Source of the DNA: Candidatus Heimdallarchaeota archaeon B3_Heim
GTDB taxonomy: Archaea > Asgardarchaeota > Heimdallarchaeia > Hodarchaeales > Hodarchaeaceae
NCBI GenBank assembly: GCA_003144275.1
Contig: NJBF01000045.1
Coordinates: forward strand, 1-26,389
Length of the DNA: 26,389 nucleotides
Direction of reading: 5' to 3'
The notes beneath the pieces were generated by a model that saw only the letters and a program-made list of their open reading frames with translations, ran no database searches and was not told the origin of the DNA. Below, one piece after another: positions 8,701 through 16,364 of this stretch. The translations under genes and the position numbers were made by a program. Every line of letters starts with the position of its first letter. Position 1 is the first letter of the stretch.

Positions 8701-9960
8701 ACTAATATAAGTCAAGCTTTGAAAAGAATCGAATCTATATATCATATCGATTCAAGCAAAGAAGATCCATTTGGTTTGCGAGATATTCATTCCAAAGTCA
8801 CAGTGGCAAATAAACGGTTAAAATCTGTCGTCTCTGATTCAATTCGTACTCAGCTTGAAGACTTTGAAAGTAACCTACCTGATCTACAAACCTCTTTTGA
8901 CGCTATTCACACTCAATCTGAGGAAGATTTGACAAAATCTATCGAAGAATTATCCGATATAATTTCAAGTTCTCAAATGACTCTTACTACCGATCTGCAT
9001 AATTATCTAAATGAGGAAAGAGAGCAATTGGATTTTTCAGAATTACGAGATGGCCTGAAGGATGTTTTACAAGGTTTTAATGAAGACTCAACCCAAAATA
9101 TTGAACAGCTCTCTCTTGATTTTACCGACAGTATTCAACGTGCAATCAATGAGGTTAACAAATCACGGGAAGAAATACAATCAATTTTAGCTGATTTGAC
9201 GGAAGTAATGACGGAGCGAATTGTCAAGTCAACTACACAATTGACAACATTGAAGTCCGACCTGAGTATGAAAGTGGAAGTGATGAGTAGTGAATTTTCA
9301 AAAAATTTATCTACAGATCTAGAATCGTACAATAATGATATAGAAAAATCTAATTTAGAAAACAAAGGGAAAATGGCCAAGTTTATCCAATCATTGAATA
9401 ATGAAATTGAAACTTATCTCTCAGAATTTTTAAACAAAACCAATGAAATTCTAAACGGGATAAAAGATTCCCACTCACAGCAAGCCGATGTTTTGGAAAC
9501 TTTAGAGACTGAATTATCTGAAAATGAGCCAATTTCATATTTACGGTTACTAAAATTATCAACAAATCATGCGATCAATGAATACTTTATGAAGCTAATA
9601 GAAAAAGCTTCTAAACGAGTTACGTTATATATGTCCGATCCTACTATTCTTTCATCTGCTGATCTCAAATCTATTCCCGCAGGAAAACGAATTTGGATTT
9701 TTACAAGCTATGATTTCAGTAAAAAGGGTAAAAAATGGTTTACTGAGATTGGTAATCAAGTAAATATAAATTTACGAAAATCTAAAGGTGCTAGTAAAAT
9801 TACTGGGATATTAGCCGTCAAGGATGAAGATCAAGCCGTTGTCTTACCTGATGAAGTTGGTTTTACCACAGTTGATGAGAAATTTGTGGCTTACTTGTCG
9901 AATATATTAAATATGTTAAAGGGTTCATCTCTCAGACCAAGAAAAGGATCTGGTCAATAA
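5746..9960 (+). CDS. Giant TrmB-like protein: N-terminal wHTH, ~1200-aa amphipathic helical/coiled-coil region, C-terminal PLD-fold effector-like domain
   Basis: The N-terminus ETKILNTLISFGGQTKHDL...AISELIKKEFI...ATLPVSAL matches the TrmB wHTH pattern. The C-terminus INEYFMKLIEKASKRVTLY...RIWIFT...ILAVKDEDQAVV matches the TrmB sugar-binding/PLD-like fold. The middle is rich in E/Q/S/L/N/K and almost free of Pro. The exact start (5746, 5761 or 5776) is uncertain. Confidence 0.7.
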   Translation: MKRQNMKLINMTTPEVSFTLKKSETKILNTLISFGGQTKHDLILISDVQEEKAEQAISELIKKEFIRLNEETGRISATLPVSALTRMLTENMALIENMKENYKEEFHSSKNSVEEALNKFQETVNDGFKVLKTQNEELEVSIKEAIEGKEKLNHSQLDEMVDQVVTSMNTKITETQNSVQTSISEGTSKLDKHWGRAIDEFQNLPDSGTRSLKDSITKYEQELNEIIKSSVEKINSIQTQFNDLLGAIETESVTRIQEFYSNTDTVGSDLKVNLNTGLQESRKHEKEFINEVHQHVRTSLENDVLNALKAVISDLSKEIDNDINEALKLVVQQTDKAITASSEQMKTEFTEFTEDAKELIQEQKISLNVLETEISEITAEQKLESVRDLFLSQLQAGQTTELNQLETSYRHTQKSVIDLVESLRNSAKAKLAQQGAEFEKLINNFSDLIDQSVSRKELDITRLQHLSQSIEQLLRNLLVSIPMRTNQFRISLKDSLEGTNKSLQEEYTESSSGSVSKIYEKLANSQQRIESITNETLDESKNEIEKVIASSDQFQSGISALQEDYLSKVENRFDQRAKVMNTELEAITRNFQQLLEGIETGVGGIHSRLTSEGVTNISAVETSLQSKLTQLRSEITTIFSQSQSEAQEFVSSLNENLQTHLERTLDVIKEGFSQVKSEYNLELSNQLEQLNNKSKEQQDTLIETIEAFSQKASFSGFKSNLEKTLEENQSTLNEFIAENRSSLDEVISLQKANITKYQEKGPTDILGFINQIQSNATTQNKNIKDSLEDLLSYHNSFSDSTMSEVTTLIRQVHESGDKLKSILNESLQTMLTNLNRTSENIDLYYSDTLTELENQLGVTSGFVTSEIDTSFQSIRSEIESLKEGMENTVARLNTDLKGIVSDSDQEFKSNVPEITEQFSSAFDTLVKEKTSSNLELQNTLSDNMTNFMKSYSSQVSAIRTKLHDLLAQFNKAIESNLENLDVIVETNISQALKRIESIYHIDSSKEDPFGLRDIHSKVTVANKRLKSVVSDSIRTQLEDFESNLPDLQTSFDAIHTQSEEDLTKSIEELSDIISSSQMTLTTDLHNYLNEEREQLDFSELRDGLKDVLQGFNEDSTQNIEQLSLDFTDSIQRAINEVNKSREEIQSILADLTEVMTERIVKSTTQLTTLKSDLSMKVEVMSSEFSKNLSTDLESYNNDIEKSNLENKGKMAKFIQSLNNEIETYLSEFLNKTNEILNGIKDSHSQQADVLETLETELSENEPISYLRLLKLSTNHAINEYFMKLIEKASKRVTLYMSDPTILSSADLKSIPAGKRIWIFTSYDFSKKGKKWFTEIGNQVNINLRKSKGASKITGILAVKDEDQAVVLPDEVGFTTVDEKFVAYLSNILNMLKGSSLRPRKGSGQ

Positions 9961-9975
9961 CAATTTAATTTGAAA

Positions 9976-11796
9976 CTAGATCCTGATTATCCCAAGCAGC
10001 TTTGATTTCTTCAACGTGTTTAATTTGACTAGGCCTTCAGGATTCAGGCCCTTCGCTTTATAATACGAAGTTACTAGTTCATTTTGTTTTTTGTAAAAAT
10101 CACTTTTTCCCTTAAGATATCGAGGAAAGACGTCATTAGAAGGAGATAAACCTGCTCGTGTATTGAAAAGGCGTTCTAGCAATGTAATTCTATTTCCTAT
10201 CTCCAGAATATTGGTACTAGAACCATTTGAGGAATTAAAATGGTTAATTAATGGAGAGACTGTTGAATTATTATACAAAATACTGGATAATAGTCTTATT
10301 GGCATTGTCTGTAAAATAACACCTCTTAATCTTGAGGGAAATTTATTTAGAATGGAGTCTGACGTCAAGAACATCGGTAAGAATCGTGGACAAAGAATTA
10401 GTGAGTCCAGAACTGCGCTAAGGTTTTCAAACAAAATCTTTAACTTAATTTTTCCTTTTATCGACTGAGGAGAGAGTGGGAAAGGGTATCCAAGAAATTC
10501 TGGATAAACTAAGCTTCCTGTTTTAAAATGAGTAGCTCCATACGGAGCGGAACTAAGATCCATGCTCAAGACTGGACAATTAGGATAGTAAAACATTCCT
10601 GTCATCTGTCCCTTAATCATTGGGGAAGGTTCACTTGTTTGTTTGTACAGGTAATTTTCTCCCCGAGCTAGTTTGTCTCCTAATTCCCTTTTTTGGATGA
10701 TGTCGTCGATGAGAGAATAGATTTGGGATTCCCCCCAGTTAAATCCTAGATCTATATTTAAAAGTTTACGCTTGTCTTCCTGAATATGAAATAAGGATGC
10801 TAAAGCAGCACCTGTTGATATGGGGTCGAGTCCCTCTTCATCACATTTTACTATAGCTGCCTGAATAGATTCATGGTCTATTATTTTAAGATTAGGGCCT
10901 AATGCTACAAAGTTCTGATAGGAGTTTCTTTCACATTTAACAGAACATTGCCAACAGTCGTAAGCTTCACCATATCCATGAAAAGATGAAACTTGATCTG
11001 ATTGAAGTGTCAGTTTTCTGGAACAATTTTTTGTTGGAAGACTATCATATTTAATTATTTGATGAATGGCTGAGTACGTACCTTGAGTATGCAACAACTG
11101 ACTCCAGGGATGGTTTAGTAATATAGATTTAAAGAGTGATAATTCATCCTCGGTGAATTCAGGTAAATTTGTAGGTTCTGGGGGATCAGTAAGTACAATT
11201 GCCTTGATGTTCTTAGATGCAAGAACGCTTCCTAATCCTCCTCGCTGGAAAAAATGCGTTCGATCAACTACAACACCTGTATACATGACTTGATTTATAG
11301 CTGCTTTTCCTATAGAGGCAACGCATGATTTCTGGCCATATTTTTGCCTTAAAATAGTGTCAGTTTTTTCAACACTTTCTAACCAAATTTCAGAAGCATT
11401 CTCAAGGGTAATATCAGCAAACTCATCGATCACAATATACTGAGGTGATTTCGCTTTCCCCTTGATCTGAAAGAAGTCGTACCCTGTATGTTTTAGATAA
11501 GCTCCAAAATGACCTGTACTTGTTGCTGTGCATAATGTATTAGTGTGGGGTGACTTAAATGTGGCTATAGCTGTACCAGAAGAAGGGATTATTGATCCAG
11601 TTAAAGCTCCTGTCCCAAAGAATATATTATTGTCTGATCCGCGTGGACTTGTGTCAACAGGAATGGTTTCATAAGCTAGATATACTGCAATCCCTCTACC
11701 TCCTAGAAATGCCTCGACCACTTGGCGTTCAATAATTTTTTTTGGAATAACTTTATTTTCAGTTAGATCCAGGGTAACAAGCGTTGGAGAGTACAT
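9976..11796 (-). CDS. Aldehyde:ferredoxin oxidoreductase (AOR/W-pterin) family protein, divergent
   Basis: FLGGRG, KSP, GYD, RGGLGSVLASKNIKAI, CxxCxxxC (CWQCSVKC), CDEEGLD.ISTG, GATH, SLILC, RI..LERLFN.RAG. Confidence 0.9.
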   Translation of the reverse strand: MYSPTLVTLDLTENKVIPKKIIERQVVEAFLGGRGIAVYLAYETIPVDTSPRGSDNNIFFGTGALTGSIIPSSGTAIATFKSPHTNTLCTATSTGHFGAYLKHTGYDFFQIKGKAKSPQYIVIDEFADITLENASEIWLESVEKTDTILRQKYGQKSCVASIGKAAINQVMYTGVVVDRTHFFQRGGLGSVLASKNIKAIVLTDPPEPTNLPEFTEDELSLFKSILLNHPWSQLLHTQGTYSAIHQIIKYDSLPTKNCSRKLTLQSDQVSSFHGYGEAYDCWQCSVKCERNSYQNFVALGPNLKIIDHESIQAAIVKCDEEGLDPISTGAALASLFHIQEDKRKLLNIDLGFNWGESQIYSLIDDIIQKRELGDKLARGENYLYKQTSEPSPMIKGQMTGMFYYPNCPVLSMDLSSAPYGATHFKTGSLVYPEFLGYPFPLSPQSIKGKIKLKILFENLSAVLDSLILCPRFLPMFLTSDSILNKFPSRLRGVILQTMPIRLLSSILYNNSTVSPLINHFNSSNGSSTNILEIGNRITLLERLFNTRAGLSPSNDVFPRYLKGKSDFYKKQNELVTSYYKAKGLNPEGLVKLNTLKKSKLLGIIRI

Positions 11797-12043
11797 TTAT
11801 TTCTACCAATCTCGACTAGTCGGGGCACTATTTGTGGTTTCTGGAAAAAGCTGGATAAAAGCTAGTTAGTTTCGAAGGTAGAGCCTAATAAATGTCGTAA
11901 AATGTGGATTTGAAGACATTCAACTAAACTACCCAAACAAAAATGTCTATAGTAATAAAGCAAATATTCAAATTATATTCTCGAATCAGTTTTTTTTCAG
12001 CAAACAACTACTATTTTCATATTTCCTGAAGGTGACCCTAAGT

Positions 12044-13270
12044 ATGTCCGATGACCAAACTGATAATCCCTTGATACTCACTGAGATGGCTCCTGATTTT
12101 GTTTCAGATTTTATAGGAGCAATTAGTATGGTATTTCTTGTATTAGGTGGATGGTACTTTTTCTTTACTCTAATTTACCCAATTCTCGTAATTAACTTTG
12201 ATTTTTTGGGAATAATTGCCGCAATGATAATAATGATGGTTTTCTTAACCTATAGTTTCGGTAAATTTAGTATTTTTTTGAGTGTTATTGCCTATCAATC
12301 AGCTTCGTGGCGTACAGGCGTTCCTTACATGAATGATAAGACAAAGTGCCCCTTTCTACAAAGAAAATTTCTGAAATTTTACTGTATAGCAGAACAGATT
12401 GCAGAATTTGATGTTCCAGCCTTTGTGAAGTGCCATAGAGAGACAATGTGGTTAGAATGCTGGCCAGACCGTGTACCATCGATAATAGACGTTTTTGATT
12501 CGGTTCCGTCTAAACGGCAACAACAGTTAGCCTTCATTCTCGGGGCGATGAAAGAGCGTTCTCTGTCTGCGAGCTTTAAAATGCATGAAGTATTATTAAA
12601 TGAAACGTTGGAGATGGATATTCGATTAGCAGCAGGTTATGCCCTTGCTGAGATGAAGGATGAAAAAGCAATTGAACCCGCTATTTCTCTTCTTGGTCAA
12701 ACGGCTGCTCGTCAGGAAACCACAGTTCGTGCAGTAATTGCTCGATTTGGAGAACTTGCTATTCCCTACGTAACTGCTGCTCTTAAAACGTGTGATGAGG
12801 ACCTAAAATGTGGTGCTTTAGCAGAAGTTTTGGGTAAAATTGGAGCCCCAAGCGGAATCCCTGCTCTTGATAAAATTTTGAATGAACCTTCTTCAGAGGA
12901 TTATACACGATTACAGGCAATATATGCATTGCAGGAAATTGGTACAAAGGAAGCATATGAGAGTTTAATCAGACATCTAGAAATTGCACAAGAAGAAGAG
13001 AAACTAACTATTAGAGATGTGTGCATGGCTAAAAAATTGGAAACATTCCCCATATTGATTGAATTATTAAATAACGAGGATTTGTCTGAAAGTTACTTTG
13101 CTGAAGTTGGAGATATTTTAGCACAAGTTCAAGCCCCAACTTATGATAAATTTTTCTCAAAATTAGAGGATAAAGAGTTAGTAAAACGATTAGTTTTGAC
13201 ATTAAAGGACCATACACCAGAGGAAGAGGAATATTTACCTTTACATGCAGTCCTTGATACGTATATCTAA
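12044..13270 (+). CDS. Membrane-anchored HEAT-repeat (PBS-lyase-like) protein with a Cys4 segment
   Basis: Two or three N-terminal hydrophobic stretches. Repeats such as IRLAAGYALAEMKDEKAIEPAISLL, ALAEVLGKIGAPSGIPALDKIL and RLQAIYALQEIGTKEAYESLIRHL. ATG at 12044 preferred over GTG at 12032. Confidence 0.8.
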   Translation: MSDDQTDNPLILTEMAPDFVSDFIGAISMVFLVLGGWYFFFTLIYPILVINFDFLGIIAAMIIMMVFLTYSFGKFSIFLSVIAYQSASWRTGVPYMNDKTKCPFLQRKFLKFYCIAEQIAEFDVPAFVKCHRETMWLECWPDRVPSIIDVFDSVPSKRQQQLAFILGAMKERSLSASFKMHEVLLNETLEMDIRLAAGYALAEMKDEKAIEPAISLLGQTAARQETTVRAVIARFGELAIPYVTAALKTCDEDLKCGALAEVLGKIGAPSGIPALDKILNEPSSEDYTRLQAIYALQEIGTKEAYESLIRHLEIAQEEEKLTIRDVCMAKKLETFPILIELLNNEDLSESYFAEVGDILAQVQAPTYDKFFSKLEDKELVKRLVLTLKDHTPEEEEYLPLHAVLDTYI

Positions 13271-13296
13271 TAAAAGGCGTTTACTTCCTTTTATCA

Positions 13297-13304
13297 TTTT
13301 TTTT
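13297..13304 (+). terminator. Oligo-T tract (T8), candidate archaeal intrinsic terminator after the HEAT gene
   Basis: T8 lies 26 nt after the stop at 13270, at the junction of convergent genes. U-tract termination is established in archaea. Confidence 0.45.
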
Positions 13305-13485
13305 AAACTGAAACTATCCATCCCATTTCTTCTAGATTCAGGATGAATTGCTTTAGGAATACTTGGTCTCCACTGGAAAAATCGTTAATTCTTTCTACCT
13401 TCCGACTATTGATCCATATATCCACTTTTCGTCCAGGGTGGTGGATGGTACGTAAATTTTTCGGTAATTTTAAATTGCGAAGCAT
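13303..13485 (-). CDS. Small hypothetical protein (60 aa)
   Basis: ATG start preceded by a purine-rich GTGAGAG element. Fills an otherwise empty gap and has a globular-looking composition. Confidence 0.5.
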   Translation of the reverse strand: MLRNLKLPKNLRTIHHPGRKVDIWINSRKVERINDFSSGDQVFLKQFILNLEEMGWIVSV

Positions 13486-13782
13486 AAGTCTCTCACTGAT
13501 TAGAAATACACCTGTTTGAATTTATACGCTTAAAGGACTGTAAAGTCCAAGAATCATCTCGTAGTCAATCGCACGTTTCCCGAATTGGGGTTATTTTTCT
13601 TGAGAATTATTTTTTTGTGATATGTGATTAATTTTCTCCAGATCAGGAAAATTAAAATGTTGTATTTCCGTTAAATATGAATATCGTCGGGCTATCCTTT
13701 ATTTGACGATATCTTTGTTATTTAATTTTATTCGGACGTTAAAGACAAATAATTAATCGAGAAAAGGTTGATTTGACAAAGT

Positions 13783-14472
13783 ATGGTTATAACAATCATT
13801 TTTATTGAATCGGCTCTTGAATTGATTCCCGAATCCCTTAGAAACACTCCATTAATACGAAAAGATTGGAAAACGACAACACGTAAAAGAAATCGAGGGA
13901 TTCTTTTAGATACAGCCATTCACGGTTCAATTATGACAAAATTATCTGACAAAGAAAAACGTGGTAGACCGGATATTGTTTTCTATTCATTATTAAATCT
14001 ACTCTACTCTCCTCTTGTTGCTAATAATATTCTTAAAATTATTATTCATACTTATACAGAACAGTGTATACACATTCCTTCTCATTGGAGAATTCCAGTA
14101 AACTATAATCGCTTCGTTGGCTTGTTTTCACAGCTATTATATAAAAAGCGTATTCCCGTTGAAGGAGAGCCCATTTTGTCAGTAACTAGATGTACGCTGG
14201 AAAAATTAATCCAGAAATTTGATCACAATAAAATATATCTTCTAGAAACACCTACTAAGATTTCTGGTAATGTATCAAGTTTAAAAAGTCTAGTAGATGA
14301 GGATGCTGTATTTATAATAGGAGGGTTTCAATCTGGTGAGTCATCACTGTTATTTAAGACAAATCTTGTCAGTAATCCAAATTTCCAACAGATTTCTCTG
14401 TACCAAGAAACCAAACCAGCGTGGACGATATCATCTCGCCTCCTACATATGCTAGAAGATCAATTATTATGA
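13783..14472 (+). CDS. nep1: Nep1/EMG1 SSU rRNA pseudouridine N1-methyltransferase (SPOUT)
   Basis: ESALELIP, RGRPDI, SPL, IHT, RIPVNYNRFVGLFSQLL, FIIGGFQSG. Confidence 0.92.
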   Translation: MVITIIFIESALELIPESLRNTPLIRKDWKTTTRKRNRGILLDTAIHGSIMTKLSDKEKRGRPDIVFYSLLNLLYSPLVANNILKIIIHTYTEQCIHIPSHWRIPVNYNRFVGLFSQLLYKKRIPVEGEPILSVTRCTLEKLIQKFDHNKIYLLETPTKISGNVSSLKSLVDEDAVFIIGGFQSGESSLLFKTNLVSNPNFQQISLYQETKPAWTISSRLLHMLEDQLL

Positions 14473-14488
14473 TAAGGACGTTGTTACC

Positions 14489-15034
14489 ATGAAAAACGTA
14501 AAAGTTCTAGTGGCTAGTAAGAATCCAGTAAAAATAAAAGCTAGTCTGGATGCTTTTCAACTCTTTTTTAAAGATCCGATTGTTGATTCGCAAGAAGTCG
14601 TCGTACCAACTGCTAATGCTTCTCAACCTATCGGAGAGGATCAAACACGAGAACATTCGGAATTGAGAGTTATACAAGCTCGTGAAAACTATCCAGGATA
14701 CGATTATTTTGTAGGAATTGAGGGAGGCATAGTAAAACTAAATTCAAACAGTGCACGCATAATAGTCTATTCATCTATAGGACATCAGTTAGCTATAGAA
14801 ACAGTCAGGGGGTGTGGAATCCCTCTACCATTAGAATGGTATACTGCCTTGACTACTCAGGAATATCACGAACTTGGAGATCTTGCAGAACTAAAAAGTG
14901 GAGTCTCAGATATTAAAAAGAAACAGGGTGTTGTAGGATTCTTCAGTCAGAACTTTGTTACCCGATACGATATTCTCAAACAAAGTGTAATTATGGCTCT
15001 TGTTCCATATTTAAATCCAAGTATTTTTCCATAG
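14489..15034 (+). CDS. yjjX: Inosine/xanthosine triphosphatase (YjjX/DUF84 family)
   Basis: VASKNPVK, QPIGEDQT, DYFVGIEGG, ELGD, KKKQGVVGFFSQNFVTR, MALVP. Confidence 0.9.
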   Translation: MKNVKVLVASKNPVKIKASLDAFQLFFKDPIVDSQEVVVPTANASQPIGEDQTREHSELRVIQARENYPGYDYFVGIEGGIVKLNSNSARIIVYSSIGHQLAIETVRGCGIPLPLEWYTALTTQEYHELGDLAELKSGVSDIKKKQGVVGFFSQNFVTRYDILKQSVIMALVPYLNPSIFP

Positions 15035-15192
15035 AATGAGTGGTACAATGGTGTATAATTGAGATACCTTAAATTTAATCAAAGTAAAAAGTTGAATGAA
15101 AACCTTTATGGATATAAGAATGAGACGTTACCGTGTTTAACGGGTCTTCTTAGAACAGATTTATCTTGAAGAAACTCAAGGGAATATAAGAA

Positions 15193-15720
15193 ATGCGATC
15201 TACACACCCTGTAAAGGCACAAACAGTTCTTCCTCAAAAGGTGGAACAAATTAAACACTGGTTAGACCTCCTTAGGATAAAACATGTTATTTTAAAGGAT
15301 AATCATGATAATGCCTTTAATATTTTACTTCCCATAAAAAACTGTCCTGATATTCATATTGCCTTAGAGAGTAATTATACCCATATATCGTTCTTTTCGA
15401 ATGGTTTAACTAGTCTTAAGAAAGAGCCCGATCATACCATATCATCCTTTTTAAGACGATTACTTCAGATTCAAGGTAAATATTTCACTAGTAGAGTGAT
15501 TACAACCGGACCCAACGAAGATCTCAGAATTTTCTTAGGTTACCGCTTAGATGAAGTAACTATGTACCGTTTCTCGCGAAAAATTCGTGAAATGATTCAT
15601 TTTGTCAAAGAAGTGGCCGCTTTACTTGAAGAATTCAAGATGGATGAATTGTGGCGGCAAACTGAACAAGAACCGAAATTTCCTGCAATTGACATTAGTG
15701 AAAGAGTAAGATTTCGCTAA
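15193..15720 (+). CDS. Hypothetical protein, possible YbjN/T3SS-chaperone-like fold
   Basis: 175-aa ORF. The pattern is helix, strands, FLRRLLQIQ helix, strands, then a long C-terminal helix, as in YbjN-like domains. The fold is inferred. Confidence 0.6.
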   Translation: MRSTHPVKAQTVLPQKVEQIKHWLDLLRIKHVILKDNHDNAFNILLPIKNCPDIHIALESNYTHISFFSNGLTSLKKEPDHTISSFLRRLLQIQGKYFTSRVITTGPNEDLRIFLGYRLDEVTMYRFSRKIREMIHFVKEVAALLEEFKMDELWRQTEQEPKFPAIDISERVRFR

Positions 15721-15728
15721 TTTTTTTT
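15721..15728 (+). terminator. Oligo-T tract (T8) directly after the 15193-15720 stop
   Basis: TTTTTTTT immediately follows TAA at a convergent junction. Confidence 0.45.
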
Positions 15729-16185
15729 AAAATGGGCGTTTCTGCCATGATAAATAGGTTTCAACCCAGCAAATTATCGTAGCTATTCCACCGAAAAGAA
15801 GTGCGAAAACTTTGCTTGTGGTTAGTGGCAAGGTTAGAAAGAAGAGAAGATACCCTGCAAAAAGAATAGAGACAAAAACAGCATAAAAGAGGAATCGGGG
15901 TAAAGTATAATTTCTTATCAGAATAAATTGGTTTAGAGCTCCAATATCAACTTTTTTTGCGATTTCAAAGTTTCCAAATCTATTTTTTCGTATTACTCCC
16001 AACGTTTCAAGTTTTTCTAAATGATAACTCGATACACTTGGAGAGGACAACCCTAACCCTCGCTGAATCTCTCGAACTCCTGCAGCTTCCTTTTTTCTCA
16101 GTAAATAAAAATAGACATCAAGCGTTGTACCCTTAATTGCAGTTTCATAATTGATTGATTGATCATTTTGCTCGCTGACCATCAT
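15727..16185 (-). CDS. Membrane-anchored winged-helix transcription regulator (wHTH + 2 TM)
   Basis: KGTTLDVYFYLL...GVREIQRGLGLSSPSVSSYHLEKLETLG wHTH, followed by LPRFLFYA and two hydrophobic helices. GAGAGGA SD-like element immediately before ATG 16185. Confidence 0.85.
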   Translation of the reverse strand: MMVSEQNDQSINYETAIKGTTLDVYFYLLRKKEAAGVREIQRGLGLSSPSVSSYHLEKLETLGVIRKNRFGNFEIAKKVDIGALNQFILIRNYTLPRFLFYAVFVSILFAGYLLFFLTLPLTTSKVFALLFGGIATIICWVETYLSWQKRPF

Positions 16186-16341
16186 TCCTCTCCTATTCAG
16201 AATTCTTTTCCCATAAACCTTCAACATAGGATCCTCAAAAAAACCTTTTCAAATAACAACCCAATCCCAATTTATTCCTGATGATCAAGAGTTTATTTGT
16301 GTGGTCTAATACACCTCCTTTAGACTTAATAAACCCCAGAA

Positions 16342-16349
16342 TATATAAA
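16342..16349 (+). promoter_or_regulatory. TATA box candidate (TATATAAA) for the 16365 gene
   Basis: TATATAAA starts 23 nt before ATG 16365, consistent with a leaderless or short-leader archaeal transcript. Confidence 0.5.
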
Positions 16350-16364
16350 GAATAAGTGGAAATT

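Noticed and set aside
9550-9930. Active phospholipase D/nuclease domain
   Set aside because: No HxKxxxxD motif; the matching strand reads ITGILAVKD.
5746-9960. SMC/Rad50 or kinesin/myosin-like call for the giant coiled-coil protein
   Set aside because: I found no Walker A/B, ABC signature, hinge or motor domain motifs; the ends look like TrmB domains.
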